In this document: in pieces, positions 25,637-38,855 of the stretch | Layout of the letters: each line of letters begins with the position of its first letter | How positions within the stretch are numbered: the first letter of the stretch is position 1 | Translations under genes and position numbers: made by a program | Notes under the pieces: generated by a model | Seen by the model: the letters and a program-made list of their open reading frames with translations, nothing else | What the model was told of the DNA's origin: nothing | The model's database searches: none | Assembly: GCF_006345805.1 (NCBI RefSeq) | Contig: NW_021834255.1 | Coordinates: forward strand, 1-52,318 | Length of the DNA stretch: 52,318 nt | Origin: Octopus sinensis | Lineage: Eukaryota | Reading direction: 5' to 3'

Positions 25637-27061
25637 GTATGTTATTATTAAGTTTATTTCAAGATTTCTTGTCATTAGAGAAAAGGACAGTTTCTAACCT
25701 AGATCCAAGTCTTCTTCACTGGAATTTTAACATCAACACGGTATTTTTGTACGTATATGTGTATTATTAGGAGTTTGTGCATGTACAGACTTGTATGTTT
25801 TGTTTTATGTGTTCTCACCTATGCATGCATACATCTATGCATGTATGCATCTATGTATAACATCAAGCTGTAACACTCATTAAAATTTAATATAAATTTT
25901 ATCACCAATTTCGGGTCTTGAATGTTAAATCTCACCTACGTCTATTTGACACTGAACCTTTGGTGCTTCGATACTGTATTGAGCTGGGGAATTTCGTCCC
26001 TGAAACAGCAACCAGACTTCAATAGAGGATTTGAACTCATAAACCGGTTTCAACTGTCATGAAAAAGAAGAGAAAGTCTTGTAGCAGTTTCTTTGCTTCA
26101 AATGAAATGAGTCTGTTTTGTAAACTGACACAGAACCTGCAATAAGAGTGAGACTGATGTGCATCATGGCTTAGCTTGGAGTAGAGTTGCTTTGTCCTTG
26201 ACATTGCAAGCTCATTGAGACAGCTATAGATGAAGACATTTTGGAGAGCCGAGCTTCTTGAGAAGAAAAGATTTTGTGTAGTACTTAATGCGAGGTCTGG
26301 GAGCGAGGATGGACATGGCATGTGTAATAAAGTAATAAATGGAAGCGAGCCGATTAGTTATACATGACCTGTAGATGTTGTTAGTGTTTTCGTTCGTTAA
26401 TCACTGATCATACATAGAAACGATCAAAGGGGGTTGTTCTAACCATGAACATCAGAAGATTTTACTTTTGTTTTAGTAAAACCATGGTTATATCACCCAA
26501 ATCATTTCTTGTTTTAAGAAAGTTGTGTGTGATTTGAGGATGTTGTTTCTAGCAGGTCGAATGACCTCGTAAAGGCTCCCTTATTGACCTACACATGTTG
26601 ACACGGATGGCTGCAACCAATGGATTTTGATTGAAGTAAACATAATTGGACATGATGTCTGAATTTATGATTATAAACTTTTGACATCATGCATCTATCT
26701 GCTCTAGCCAAACAAAACAAAATGTCGATTAAATAGAGCAGAGACAGGGCTAGCAGACCAGATAAGATTGGTGCATCATTTCCATGTTGGTTTTTAAATA
26801 TAGCTTATCAGCATTGCTGTTGCGGTTTATGCTGTTGCTGATGGGTTATTAAAACATCAATGACGCAAGAAATTAAATTATCTCTGGATAAAACGAATAT
26901 ATATATATATAAAGAGAGAGAGAAAAAAACAGAAAGAGGCTGATTTTTTTTTATATTAATTACTTTCAAACTTTTAAATTAATCCTTTCTGGTTATATAA
27001 TTTTATTTCTAGTTTTTTTCGTGAAGCTGTCTGGCAAAACAAAATAAAAAAAAAACTTCCA

Positions 27062-27385
27062 ATGATGATGAAAATGATGATGATGATGATGATGATGATG
27101 ACGATGATGATGATGATGACGACGACGACGATGATGACGATGATGATGATGACAACGACGATGATGATGACAACGACGATGATGACGATTGTGATGAACA
27201 TGATGTATATGATAATGATGATGATGATGATAATAATAATAACAACGATGATGATGATGATGATAATAATAATAACAACGATGATGATGATGATGATGAT
27301 AATAATAATAACAACGATGATGATGATGATAATGATAATAATAATAACAACGTTGATGATGATGATGATGATGATGATGATACTA
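27062..27385. repeat. (GAT)n array with higher-order (GAT)4-6(AAT)3AACAAC units
   Basis: Read directly. Confidence 0.9.
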
Positions 27386-27740
27386 ATAATAAATAAGCAT
27401 GTCTCACTTGAAATAATACTTATAGTGTTGATGTTAATGGAACGAAAGCGAATATATTTAAAAATCAAAAAAAAATCAAAGATATATAGTTTCACAAAGC
27501 AAGACGAGTATTTTATCATAATCTAGTTTTATAGGATGCATATTTAAGTGCTATCCGACGGGCTTTCAATTCTATTGCCACCAAGTATTATTCAGTTTCG
27601 TCTCGTTCATGCCTAAAAGCTAAAAGGATTCATACATTTAATTCAAGTGATAAACGTATATGTATGTGTGTATGTTTGTGTTCATGTGTGTGTGCGCGCG
27701 TGTGTATGTGTGTGTGTGTGCGTGTGTTTGTTTGTGTGTA

Positions 27741-27803
<63 letters not shown>

Positions 27804-27942
27804 ATATCGTAAGTGTATTTTTGAATGATGACGGAAGCGATAAATTGTCCATAGGCATGAATGAAAATCTATGCGCTGAAATGATTATTTGTGTATATTC
27901 ATGAATATGTAAATATTGTGTATGTGTGTTTGAGTGTGTATA

Positions 27943-27977
<35 letters not shown>

Positions 27978-28326
27978 GAATATGTACATACATTCATATA
28001 TATGTGTGTGTGTGTATACATATATACAAACGAGTGTGTGTATATGTTTGTATACATATATATATACTTGTGTATGTATACATGTATGTGTATATATTTA
28101 TGTGCGTGTGAGTGTATGTGTCTATGCACCATGATCTGATTGTCTACGATATAATTAGTAACGGCATCGAACTTGTTGCTTGTTAGGCAAAAGTACGATT
28201 TTTACCCAGCTGAATCGAAAACTAGCTCTGAAGAAAAAAAGAGAGAATACCAGCAGTGTAAACGTCTTTCTAACATCACCTCGTTTCCTTGTGGCATTAT
28301 CTCACGCGAAAAATGACGAAAAATGA

Positions 28327-28779
28327 CAGGAGTGGCTGTGTGGTAAGTAGCTTGCTAACCAACCACATGGTTCCGGGTTCATTCCCACTGCGTGGAACCT
28401 TGGGCAAGTGTCTTCTACTATAGCCTCGGGCTGACCAAAGCCTTGTGAATGGATTTGGTAAACGGAAACTGAAAGAAGCCCACCGTATATATGTATATGT
28501 TATTATGTGTGTGTGTGTGTGTGTGTGTGTTGTGTGTGTGTGTGTGTGTGTGTAATTGTGTGTCTGTGTTTGTCCCCCCCCCCAACATCGCTTGGCAACC
28601 GATGCTGGTGTGTTTAAGTCCTCGTAACTTAGCGGTTCGGCAAAAGAGACCGAAAGAATAAGTACTAGGCTTACAAAGAATAAGTCCCGGGGTCGATTTG
28701 CTCGACTACTAAAGGCAGTGCTCCAGCATGGCCACAGTCAAATGACTGAAACAAGTAAAAGAGTAAACGAATAAAAGAA
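28327..28779 (+). mobile_element. SINE family B, full length
   Basis: Homologous to the other B copies. Confidence 0.9.
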
Positions 28780-28999
28780 TTACATCGATAACGTCGGTCG
28801 TTCAGTTGATGTAGTAGAAGCAGTATGTCTTAATCTGTCTTAATCTGTCTTTATCGCCTGCTATTTTATGCTGCAGACTGTTGCTATTTGTAACTACAGA
28901 AGCTATAAACAATTAGATATATAGCAATCAAGCTTATGAAATTTCCGGGTTCGATTGCCAACTGGGATGTTATGGATCCCTCTGCATGCTGCCTACACC

Positions 29000-30854
29000 T
29001 ACTAGGAGTAGAAATATAAAGTTTACTTGGGTGCAAGGAACCGAGCCTTTATTTAGTTCAGAGGAATGTTATATCATTGTCAGATAGAAGAAAGATTGAA
29101 AGAACAGTGAGGTACACTGTAGTGGTGTAGTGCAGCTGCAAAGATAAAGCATCGATATTGCTGCTCTTTATGAAACCAGTCTGTTAAGATATGGCGGTAT
29201 CAGGGATACAATATAAATATTCTTTTTGAATGGGAAAGCAGCAGTGCGGAGATGCAAATGTGGGGTTGGCTTTACCAAAACGAAAAAAAATGATTTAGTC
29301 AAATTACCAAAAGACCCAACTGTTATTAGAAATCAGAACGGACGCTCTGTCATTTTGATCGCTGTTTATTCTCCTAAGAGAATCATTCCTGATGCTGCGA
29401 AACAGCAGTTCTACTATATTCTGAGAATGACTATATAAAGTGTGACCCAGAGACGTAGAATCAAGTATAACTGGGTTATTCGGATTTCAATATTGGAACG
29501 AAGCAGAGAAGTGGCAACGTGTTATTAATAAACTTGATGTAGGAAGATGAAAATCAAACGAAGAATATTTCTTTAGCTCTGTGCTCATAGAGAAGAATCA
29601 TCATAATTAGCTCCATGTTCAAAGAAGGAAGATCAGAAAGTGATTTAGATGCATTGACAATTGACATTCGGGCAACTTATTGATTTACATCATAACTTGG
29701 AAACGGTAAAGAAAAGTTATATTCACATTGCGCGAGTCTGAGAGGAGTAAATTGAAGAGTAGACTATGAAATCCATTGACAAAGAATAGCGTTCACAGTA
29801 GTCTCCAAACAGAATAGGATTCGAAGTTCGAAGCCCATTACACCGGCAACAAGGAAGTCGGAAGTGAGGAGTAGAAAAGTCATTCTGGAAAGGGACATAA
29901 ATGACTTTCAAGATGAGGATAACAAAATATTTAAAAACAAACATCGTGTATAAAATGCAAGATGGTCTTTGTTTCGTGCTACCATGTATGGAATAGTTAA
30001 ATCTGTATCGGGAAACATCAAGACTACTTTGATTGAAGGTGACACAATACTTCTTTTGTCTCGCTGTTGGAATAACGCAACAAAGCTTTCAAGAAATACC
30101 CGCGGGCATCCGGAATTCAGTCAATCTTGGTCAAATTCAGAAAATTCAGGCGGAAACCGCTGTGAAACATAAACAAGATGGAGTTGTAGTAAAGGTTTAC
30201 TAAAGTAATCATGATACTGTTTACATTTATGCAAATAGCTTTTATGTTGGAATGAAGGATGTATACAGACCGTAGGAGAGGGGAGCCACTCAGTTGAAGT
30301 CTTCTGATAGAATAGCAGATTTCCAGAATATAACAAATCCTTGTCTACTTCCCACAACACTTACAAAAATTATTCATTGTAGCGTACCAGGATATGTCGG
30401 GTGAGAAACTTTGGAAAATGTAACGCATTCCCTACTGACTTATCAATCTGCCAAATGCAGGAGAGGTGTTGGCTGCAACCACGTCACCCTCAATTAGAAA
30501 GGCAGCCGAAGTGAAATAGAATCCAACAAGAGAAAACTAAGGGACAATTACATTAGATATCGATACCAGTTAATCCTAGTATTATTGCAGGCTAGGAGTA
30601 GACATAGTATCGTCCCTATACTCAAGGGGACCGAGGACAAAGAATTCAGAAGTCATCAAAGGATACTTTCACTTGACATCCTCGAATTGTTTCACAGTCT
30701 TAATGAGAAAATCGCACATATCACGTGCGTCTTTCAGCTTTCGTCTACCAAATCCACTCACCGGGTTTTGGTCGGCCCGACGCTACTGTAGAAGACACTT
30801 GTACAAGGTGCCACGCAGTGGGACAGAACCCTGTACCGCGTGGTTAGAAATATA

Positions 30855-30946
<92 letters not shown>

Positions 30947-30995
30947 ACCTCGTGTGTACCGTTGCCGTGGTTAGAAATATATATATATATAATAT

Positions 30996-31027
<32 letters not shown>

Positions 31028-31600
31028 CGTATATATATATATATGTATGTATATATTTGTATGCGTATATATGTATATATATGCGCATAAATGTGTGTAT
31101 GTGTGTGCGTGCTCGAGCACGCTTTTGCATGTGGTTTACACTAATTCAGGAAACACCTGATAATACGCAGTTTAAGATGTCGAACATCAAAATTAGAACC
31201 AGGACGAGACGCATGCTGGCAAGAGATACATTATATGTTAATCACTGGTGTCTCTCCGACTACAGATGGTGTACAGTGCTGGGTGGCTATTTTTGACGAC
31301 GCAGTCACAAAGTTCGTTTTAAAAATTAATATGCAGAACACTAAAGTGCTTTATCAACCTTCTTTTGAAACAAACCAAGTAGCAAAACCTGAGCTTTTTT
31401 TTTACAACGACGCAGAGGCTGGTTAAGACAAACTAATTAAACTTTTAACTGTCGAGATGACACAATCAATAATTATGATAGGGCTAGTACCAAAATAGAA
31501 CTTAGGATGAACAAGGCCACATGGGCATACGAGGCGTTAAGAAAGAACGATTGTAGGACATCAAGCATGTGTCGAAATGAAGAAGTACAATACAATAATT
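29000..31600 (+). mobile_element. Decayed RTE/BovB-like LINE (endonuclease, linker and RT pieces), interrupted by SINE B and (TA)n
   Basis: EN: GKAAVRR..CGVGF...RSVILIAVYSP...PDAAKQQFY. Linker: FRATMYGIVKSVSG; FYVGMKDVYRP*ERGATQLKSSD. RT: IFDDAVTKFVLKINMQNTKVLYQPS; ELRMNKATWAYEALRK. Order is collinear, with many stops and frameshifts. Confidence 0.85.
30724..30850 (-). mobile_element. SINE family B, 5' half, inserted in the RTE
   Basis: GAAGACACTTGTACAAGGTGCCACGCAGTGGGAC. Confidence 0.8.
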
Positions 31601-31843
31601 TAATTAGAGTAAGGTGAGTTTGAAGTCTTACAGTTGTTTCCGAGATAACCCAAGTGGTAGGTTAGCATGTCCATGCACCGGGTATTCCGTCATCAGAGAT
31701 AAAGTATGAATATTTTAGACGTAGAAACATGTACAGTTTACAAGGAAAATCTAGCTCACTATCATTCTATCTATCTATCGAACTATCTGTCTATCTTTCT
31801 CTCTCTCTCTCTTTCTCTCTCTCTCTATTTATATATATATATA

Positions 31844-32110
31844 TCACCTTCGAAACACGCTGGAGTTGAACTAGGGACAGCTGATGAAGGGGATTTTTCC
31901 TTGTGTAGTTGTCTTGTACTCTGTTTTTTCGTTGTTGGAGGGATGGTCCGTTCCATGCTGTTTTTACTTTTTCGTTTCACATTGAGTTCTACGTCTATTT
32001 GTGGTGTCCTGTACACACGTATATATATTTATATATGCATGTATATATACATGTAGATGTAGGTACGTACATATATGTTTGTATGTATGCATATATTTTA
32101 TTTATTACAC
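31844..32110 (+). mobile_element. Repeat family P2 copy 2
   Basis: Homologous to 25040-25290 in the opposite orientation. Confidence 0.55.
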
Positions 32111-32111
32111 T

Positions 32112-32153
<42 letters not shown>

Positions 32154-32227
32154 TATATATATATATATATATGATATATATATATATATATAGATATATA
32201 TACAGAAGAGATAGAGACAACAGACTG

Positions 32228-32415
<188 letters not shown>

Positions 32416-32588
32416 GAAAAGAAGAACGCAAGAGAGAGGCAGAGAGATGCACACATACACATTCAGGTACGAGGAGATTTTACATTTCACTACTTTGTAA
32501 TTGATTACTCTGTGGATTGATAGCCGAATCCATGCGATGAGCTTATTACGAAAGCCGCAAGAATCACTGAATCCATAACTACTTATTG

Positions 32589-32635
<47 letters not shown>

Positions 32636-33144
32636 ATATATATATATAATACATTCACAATAAATATGTATGTGAGTAAATGTATGCACAAAGCATGGAA
32701 GCATAAAATATACTCTAAAAATTTTAGCTGTTTTTCTCATATCAATCCAAAGCGTTGCTAACGTTTCCTTTCTACTACTTCCACGCTCATAACCACCATA
32801 TACAATAGCAGAAGTCACTACACACAGAAACACACACACACGCACATACGTAAACACATACAGCATACTATCATTGTATGTGTGCGCTATCATTGTTTAA
32901 ACGCTGCTCGATAGATTTAGATAATCTAATTGATTTTTATAGTTCTATTTATTTGGCTTTGAGTTAAAACGTAATTCTTACTTTTGGTTCCAGCACCGAC
33001 GATGGTTTGTATTTAATGTTTCCATGCCTTTACATTTGATTTACTTGTACACATTAGCGTTTCACACAAACACACAACACATATACTCACACCCTCTCCC
33101 CCACCACACATATATGTATACTTTGTGTATATATATACATATAT

Positions 33145-33189
<45 letters not shown>

Positions 33190-33325
33190 CTCCATTATTT
33201 CCAACTTGCTTTGTAGTAGCTTTCTAAAGCATTTAACTCTATTCTACAATGCTTCATAAATTTTTACTATTTGAGGGTGAGTAAATATACACACATACAT
33301 GCATCTATGTGTTTGTGCTTGTTGG

Positions 33326-33361
<36 letters not shown>

Positions 33362-33399
33362 ATTTGTATGATCTGTTTGAACACATTGTGAAATAAGGA

Positions 33400-34030
33400 G
33401 TGAAAACTAACATATATCAAAAGCAAAGGTTTGCAATTTTAACTGATGTTACGATAGATATTTCGGCTTCAAAAAGCCCTTATCAGGAGAAAATGGAAAC
33501 TGGTTTTAGCTTTAAATTTTAACGATATGTGGGTCCAACTGGCTTCTGTAGATTGATATCTTCACCAGCAGTTGTATGCTGGTAGCTGGTATCTGCAAAT
33601 TAAATTAGTGAATTGTTGAAAGCGTAGTTAACCAGTGTATATATACTATTTCCGTATACGAGCATGTTCCAAATCAGGCAGATTGCAGCAGTTATTCTAT
33701 CATCAAAATACTGCAGCTCTAAAAGGTAACTGCTATAGGTGTTCCCCTTTTAGAAGTTTAGTATGAAAATAGTGTCAAGTAAAGGACAGTGGATTGCTCT
33801 TAATAGCCCCTTTTGAAACGTAGTACTTCCTTGTGTTGGTGGACCTATCCCATGATTCGCTAAATCAATGAGTTTTCATCCCTTATATAAGCGGTCTTCA
33901 TATTCATGAGATTCCATTCATAATGTATACAGACTTGGTATTGTTTTCTTTGTATCGTCATGCGCAGATCCGTGCAGGCAGTTTACTTTGTGAAAGTTGT
34001 TATTCGTAGACAAATCCCTCACCGTATTCT
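33400..34030 (-). mobile_element. Degenerate Penelope-like element fragment ending in a hammerhead-like motif
   Basis: Minus frame NCLHGSAHDDTKKTIPSL...DRL...KLID..HGI resembles the PLE RT thumb (H.S.Hp.h.K..IP). CTGATAAG-GGCTT/AAGCC-GAAATATC at 33455-33490. Confidence 0.5.
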
Positions 34031-34115
34031 TCAAGTGGAAATAAAGCAGATAATACAATCCTATTAGGTATGACGTTCAGTTACGAAGTCTAAGGGGTCA
34101 TCAATAATACTATAT

Positions 34116-34500
34116 GGTGGAAGCACTCCGTCGGTTACGACGACGAGGGTTCCGGTTGATCCGATCAACGGAACAGCCTGCTCGTGAAATTAACGTGTAA
34201 TTGGCTGAGCACTCCACAGACACGTGCACCCTTACGTAGTTCTCGGGTATTCAGCGTGACAACAGAGAGTGACAAGGCCGGCCCTTTGAAATACAGGTAA
34301 AACAGAAACAGGAAGTAAGAGTGAGAGAAAGTTGTGGTGAAAGAGTACAGCAGGGATCACCACCATCCCCTGCCGGAGCCTCGTGGAGCTTTTTAGGTGT
34401 TTTCACTCAATAAACACTCACAACGCCCGGTCTGGGAATCGAAACCGCGATCCTACGACCGCGAGTCCGCTGCCCTAACCACTGGGCCAATGCGCCTCCA
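34116..34500 (-). mobile_element. SINE family C, full length, with a perfect TSD
   Basis: TSD ATACTATAT at 34107-34115 and 34501-34509. A/B-box-like motifs are retained. Confidence 0.92.
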
Positions 34501-34639
34501 ATACTATATATGCTGTCTGTCTCCTAGCGAGAAATGAGAATGCAGATATCATTCAAAAATCCAGAGAAAAGTAAACAGTGAAGAAGTATCAGTCATGAAG
34601 CAATATATACACTAACAAGTTCGCATATATTATGGCTCT

Positions 34640-34860
34640 GACAGGCTTGATCATTATGGGGTTGTCCTAAGCTAATGATTATAGGTGGAGTCCCGTAGAA
34701 AATAGCTGTAGATATTGTTCACAGTAAGTAAGTCTCAAGAACATGGTGGATGTCTGAGGGCTTAAGGTCAAATGTCTGGAGACTAAAATAAATATGAGGC
34801 TAATCATTAGATTGAAAACTAGGGAGAGGGGCCACGTGTGTAGAGAGGAATTACGTCTAA
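34640..34860 (+). mobile_element. Highly degenerate RTE-like RT fragment
   Basis: Weak similarity (GCP.L..., GLKVKCLETK) to RTE GLKvN..KTK motifs. Confidence 0.3.
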
Positions 34861-34895
34861 GTTAAAGATGTGTTTATTATTATATTTAAATGTTT

Positions 34896-34947
<52 letters not shown>

Positions 34948-34953
<6 letters not shown>

Positions 34954-35745
34954 GGCTGAACAATAAGTATCCGGACTGTTGCCTTAGTAACGAATCTAAA
35001 GCATGCGGATTAAAGCCGCTTGGCAGAGATTGACCTTCAACTCTGCTGTGCATGTGCACGAAGGTTTAACGTTCTAGCTCGCTTCCGTTGTTTACAGCAG
35101 TGCTTGGAAGGGAGGTGTGTCGCTTGTGATCGTCGCACTGACCATGACAGAGAAAGGTGAACAGAGAATTTGTATCAAATTTTGCCAAAAGTTTGATGAT
35201 TCTCGAGTGTCTTTTTGGTCAGCTGAAAGTAGTTTTGGCACAAACTTGGCAGACACACGTCTCATACCCAAATCTTCAGTGATAATGGACAGTAACTAAT
35301 CTCCACATCCTCTGATAACTCACAGATGGTGATTTGTCGATTTCCCCTCACAGCTGCACGTGCATCCTGCAATGTTTTTCTTAGTTTAGCTGGTTGCGGG
35401 TTTCCCAAAACGTTCGTCAATATCGACATCTTTCGGCCATCTTGAAAACGTCTGAACCACTCGTACACTTGTGTGCGGCTCATACACTCCTCTCTATACA
35501 CTGTCTGCAACATTGTGTAGGCCTCTGAGTAGGTATTGCCATGGCAACCGTCTCTATCATGATCAATGCAGCGATAACACGCTACACATCTTCCTTCCAA
35601 GCACTGCTGTAAACAGCAGAAGCCAGCTAGAGGGTTAAAACTTAGTACACATGCAAAGTAGAGTTCAAAGTCAATCTGTACCAAGCGGCTTTACTCTGCG
35701 TCGTTCAGCTTCGTTTTTATGACAGCTTATTAATCAGCCTTCGTA
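34948..35745. mobile_element. Mariner-derived element family M, both ends present
   Basis: Arms of about 200 bp in inverted orientation, TA at both ends. MTEKGEQRICIKFCQK on +; YSEAYTMLQTVYREECMSRTQVYEWFRRFQDGR on - (Mos1-type HTH). Confidence 0.9.
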
Positions 35746-36408
35746 TATATATATATAGGAGTTTGTGTGTGAGAGGGAGAGAGAAGGGAAGAAAGAAAGA
35801 GAGCGAAAGAAAATTGCGTGTGAACGAGCCTGTCTCTGTGTGAGTGCGTATGTGTGTGCGTGTATCTATCCGTCTGACTGTCTTTCTGTCTGCCTGTGTT
35901 TCTGTAAATTTGGGATATGAGAGCACGGAAATGACACCATATTTCGAATTAATGAAGCTTTTTTCAAATCTCACATGCATTTCTCTATAATCTATCTTAT
36001 ATAAAAAATATGTGCTAACTTTCTGTGTTAATTTGAACAGTAAATATACAACTTATTCTCTCAAAGGCAGAGTTTACCAACTTCAAAGACTTTAGTAAAA
36101 AGTGTTATAATTCCCGGTAGTAACTAGAGGCTGCCTTACTAAATAAGCGAGAGGTTTATTGAAAAGATGAACAGAAATTGTCTCAGAGGAGAAGTAATTA
36201 CTGATTCAATAGAATACTACTTATGGCAAAACGGAAATACTCAGCGGCTCCCTGGCCGACAGAATGAGCACACAAAAAATGCATACACACACACACTTAC
36301 ACATACACACTCACACAGACACACATATATATATATATATATACACATATATATTATATATATATACATATATATATATGTATATATATGTATGTACATG
36401 TATATGAT

Positions 36409-36450
<42 letters not shown>

Positions 36451-36930
36451 TACAAAGTAAGATAGGGGTTATGGGTGTAACCCACTATGGGATAGTATTT
36501 ATCCAATATACGGTTGGTAAAGTACCCATATTCTTAATACATAATTTTTTTAATTGCAATGCAATTAACTCATTTATTGTATTAAACGTGTGAAGGTAAA
36601 GAGATATTTTTACCGTTACTTTATAATACAAATAAGGAAATGGAGAAACAAGTTTAGTTTGTTCATCAACTTTCAGATATTAGAACGTTGGATTATTTAT
36701 TCATTCAACAAAATGAGAACCTCAATATTATACATATATATCTTACATATATATACACACACACATACATAGATATGAGTGTGTGCATGTATATATGCAT
36801 ATGGAGATATAGATATATGTATGAATGTATGTTTGTGCTTGTATATGTCTACGTGTGCGCGGTACACATGTATATCTAGCTCTCTGTCTATCTATCTGTG
36901 TATATATATATATATTATATATATATATAT

Positions 36931-37224
36931 ATCACGTGACCGACCAGACCATCAGATGTTGTTACACATCGCTGAACACAATGAGTTCGCATTGTTTTAG
37001 CCTTCGAATGACGCCACCGCGCTGGCTAAGCGAGCAGGCCAACAGAAGAAAGAGTGGGAGAAAGAGTGGTGAAAGAGAACAGCAGGGATCACCACCCCCT
37101 GCCGGAGCCTCGTGAATCTTTTAGGTGGTTTCGTTCAATAAACACTCTCAACGCCCGGTCTGAGAATCGAAACCGCGATCCTACGACTGCGAGTCCGCTG
37201 CCCTAACCACTGGGCCATTGCGCC
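36931..37224 (-). mobile_element. SINE family D (C-type head, different tail)
   Basis: Head and body as family C. Tail ...CTGTTGGCCTGCTCGCTTAGCC...GTCACGTGAT. Homologous to 43711-44010. Confidence 0.9.
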
Positions 37225-37252
37225 TTACACATATAACATATATATATACATA

Positions 37253-37377
<125 letters not shown>

Positions 37378-37914
37378 ATAATATATATATATAATATATA
37401 TTATATTATATATCCTTATATGTTTTGTGTGCATTATTCACTCTGCCATATGTCTTCGATATATATATCTAAGTATGAACGTATGCGCTCATAGATAAAC
37501 AGACAGACAGATAGACTGACAAGCATTGTATGGACGTGTGTAAAGAAAACAACTGTTTTTCTATATTCGCTTACTTCTACATGGCTCCTTTATGTCATTT
37601 ACCATTTCCAATATACTTATTTGAAAGGTTTCTTTTCTTCTCTTTTATTTCATTTCTATTTGTATGTTTCTGTGCACAAAACACGAAAATCACCTTCTCT
37701 TCGTCTCCACATAATTTTACATATACGGTTATTCGGTCAGCAAATAATATTCCTTCACCTTAATCTGAACCTATCAAAATTATTTTAGTTATTTAAATAC
37801 CTAAAAACATGATTCTAATGCTTCAATTTTCTATAAACGTTAAAAAACTTGAAATGAGAGCATTCGAATCAAGATTTGCGGACGTTGAGTTTCCAGTAAA
37901 TTATATGTGAATTA

Positions 37915-38154
37915 AGGCGGCGAGCTGGCAGAAACGTTAGCACGCCAGGTGAAATGCGTAGCCGTATTTCGTCTGCCGTTACGTTCTGGGTTCAAATTCC
38001 GCCGAGGTAGACTTTGCCTTTCATCCTTTCGGCGTCAATGACAATGCTACCACTGCCTTTCATCCTTTCGGGGTCGATAAATTAAGTACCAGTCACGTTG
38101 TCTGTCCTTGTTTGTCCCCTCTATGTTCAGCCCCTTGTGGGTAGTAAAGAAATA
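37915..38154 (+). mobile_element. SINE family A, tail type 1, with a small internal duplication
   Basis: GCCTTTCATCCTTTCGG occurs twice, separated by about 20 unrelated nt. Confidence 0.9.
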
Positions 38155-38205
38155 TATATGTGAATTATATGCCTTCAGTTATGAGTCACCCAACCATCGC
38201 TGCTC

Positions 38206-38603
38206 CTTTACTCCTTTACTTGTTGCAGTCATTTGACTGCGGCCATGCTGGAGCACCGCCTTTTAGTCGAGCAACTCGACCCCGGGACTTATTCTTTTTG
38301 TAAGCCCAGTACTTATTCTATCGGTCTCTTTTTGCCGAACCGCTAAGTGACGGGGACGTAAACACACCAGCATCGGTTGTCAAGCAATGCTAGGGGAACA
38401 AACACAGACACACAAACACACACACATACATATATATATATATACATATATACGACAGGCTTCTTTCAGTTTCCGTCTACCAAATCCACTGGTCGGCCTG
38501 GGGCTATAGCAGAAGACACTTGCCCAAGATGCCACGCAGTGGGACTGAACCCGGAACCATGTGGTTGGTTAGCAAGCTACTTACCACATAGCCACTCCTG
38601 CGC
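38206..38603 (-). mobile_element. SINE family B, full length
   Basis: Homologous to the other B copies. Confidence 0.9.
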
Positions 38604-38855
38604 CTTTACAATGTTCACAGAGCATTGACCAGCAGCCATGACATCGGCATTTTCATATCTGGCGCAAATCATTACGGTGTAGGTAACCCTTTCCCAATAT
38701 TTAGTTTGCATTCAGTCCTCCATGTCAGTAAACTTTTTCTCAATTACATCTTTAATTTTTATGTGTGACAACGCTGTTGACTGTTCACCAATACATCAAG
38801 CTTTTCCTGAAAAAAGGAAACATAAAATCGTCAAATTCACCCTAAACACCCTGTA
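38604..38855 (-). mobile_element. 5' end of a Tc1/mariner (maT-like) element, ending at the SINE B insertion
   Basis: TA|CAGGGTGTTTAGGGTGAATTTGACG TIR-like end resembling 42700. Short frame MED*MQTKYWERVTYTVMICARYENADVMAAGQCSVNIVK resembles a transposase N-terminus. Confidence 0.5.

Noticed and set aside
26651-26750. Two adjacent 9-bp stems (CATGATGTC/GACATCATG; TCTGCTCTA/TAGAGCAGA)
   Set aside because: Short stems are within chance expectation for 52 kb, and no known RNA motif is present.
31668-31700. Minus-strand CTGATGA-CGG-AATAC-CCG hammerhead-like half
   Set aside because: The GAAA element is missing. The similar motif at 18202-18230 lacks a workable stem II/III.
32720-32823. Minus-strand frame VTSAIVYGGYERGSSRKETLATLWIDMRKTAKIFR
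   Set aside because: The donor (GTATAT) is weak and no homology is recognised.
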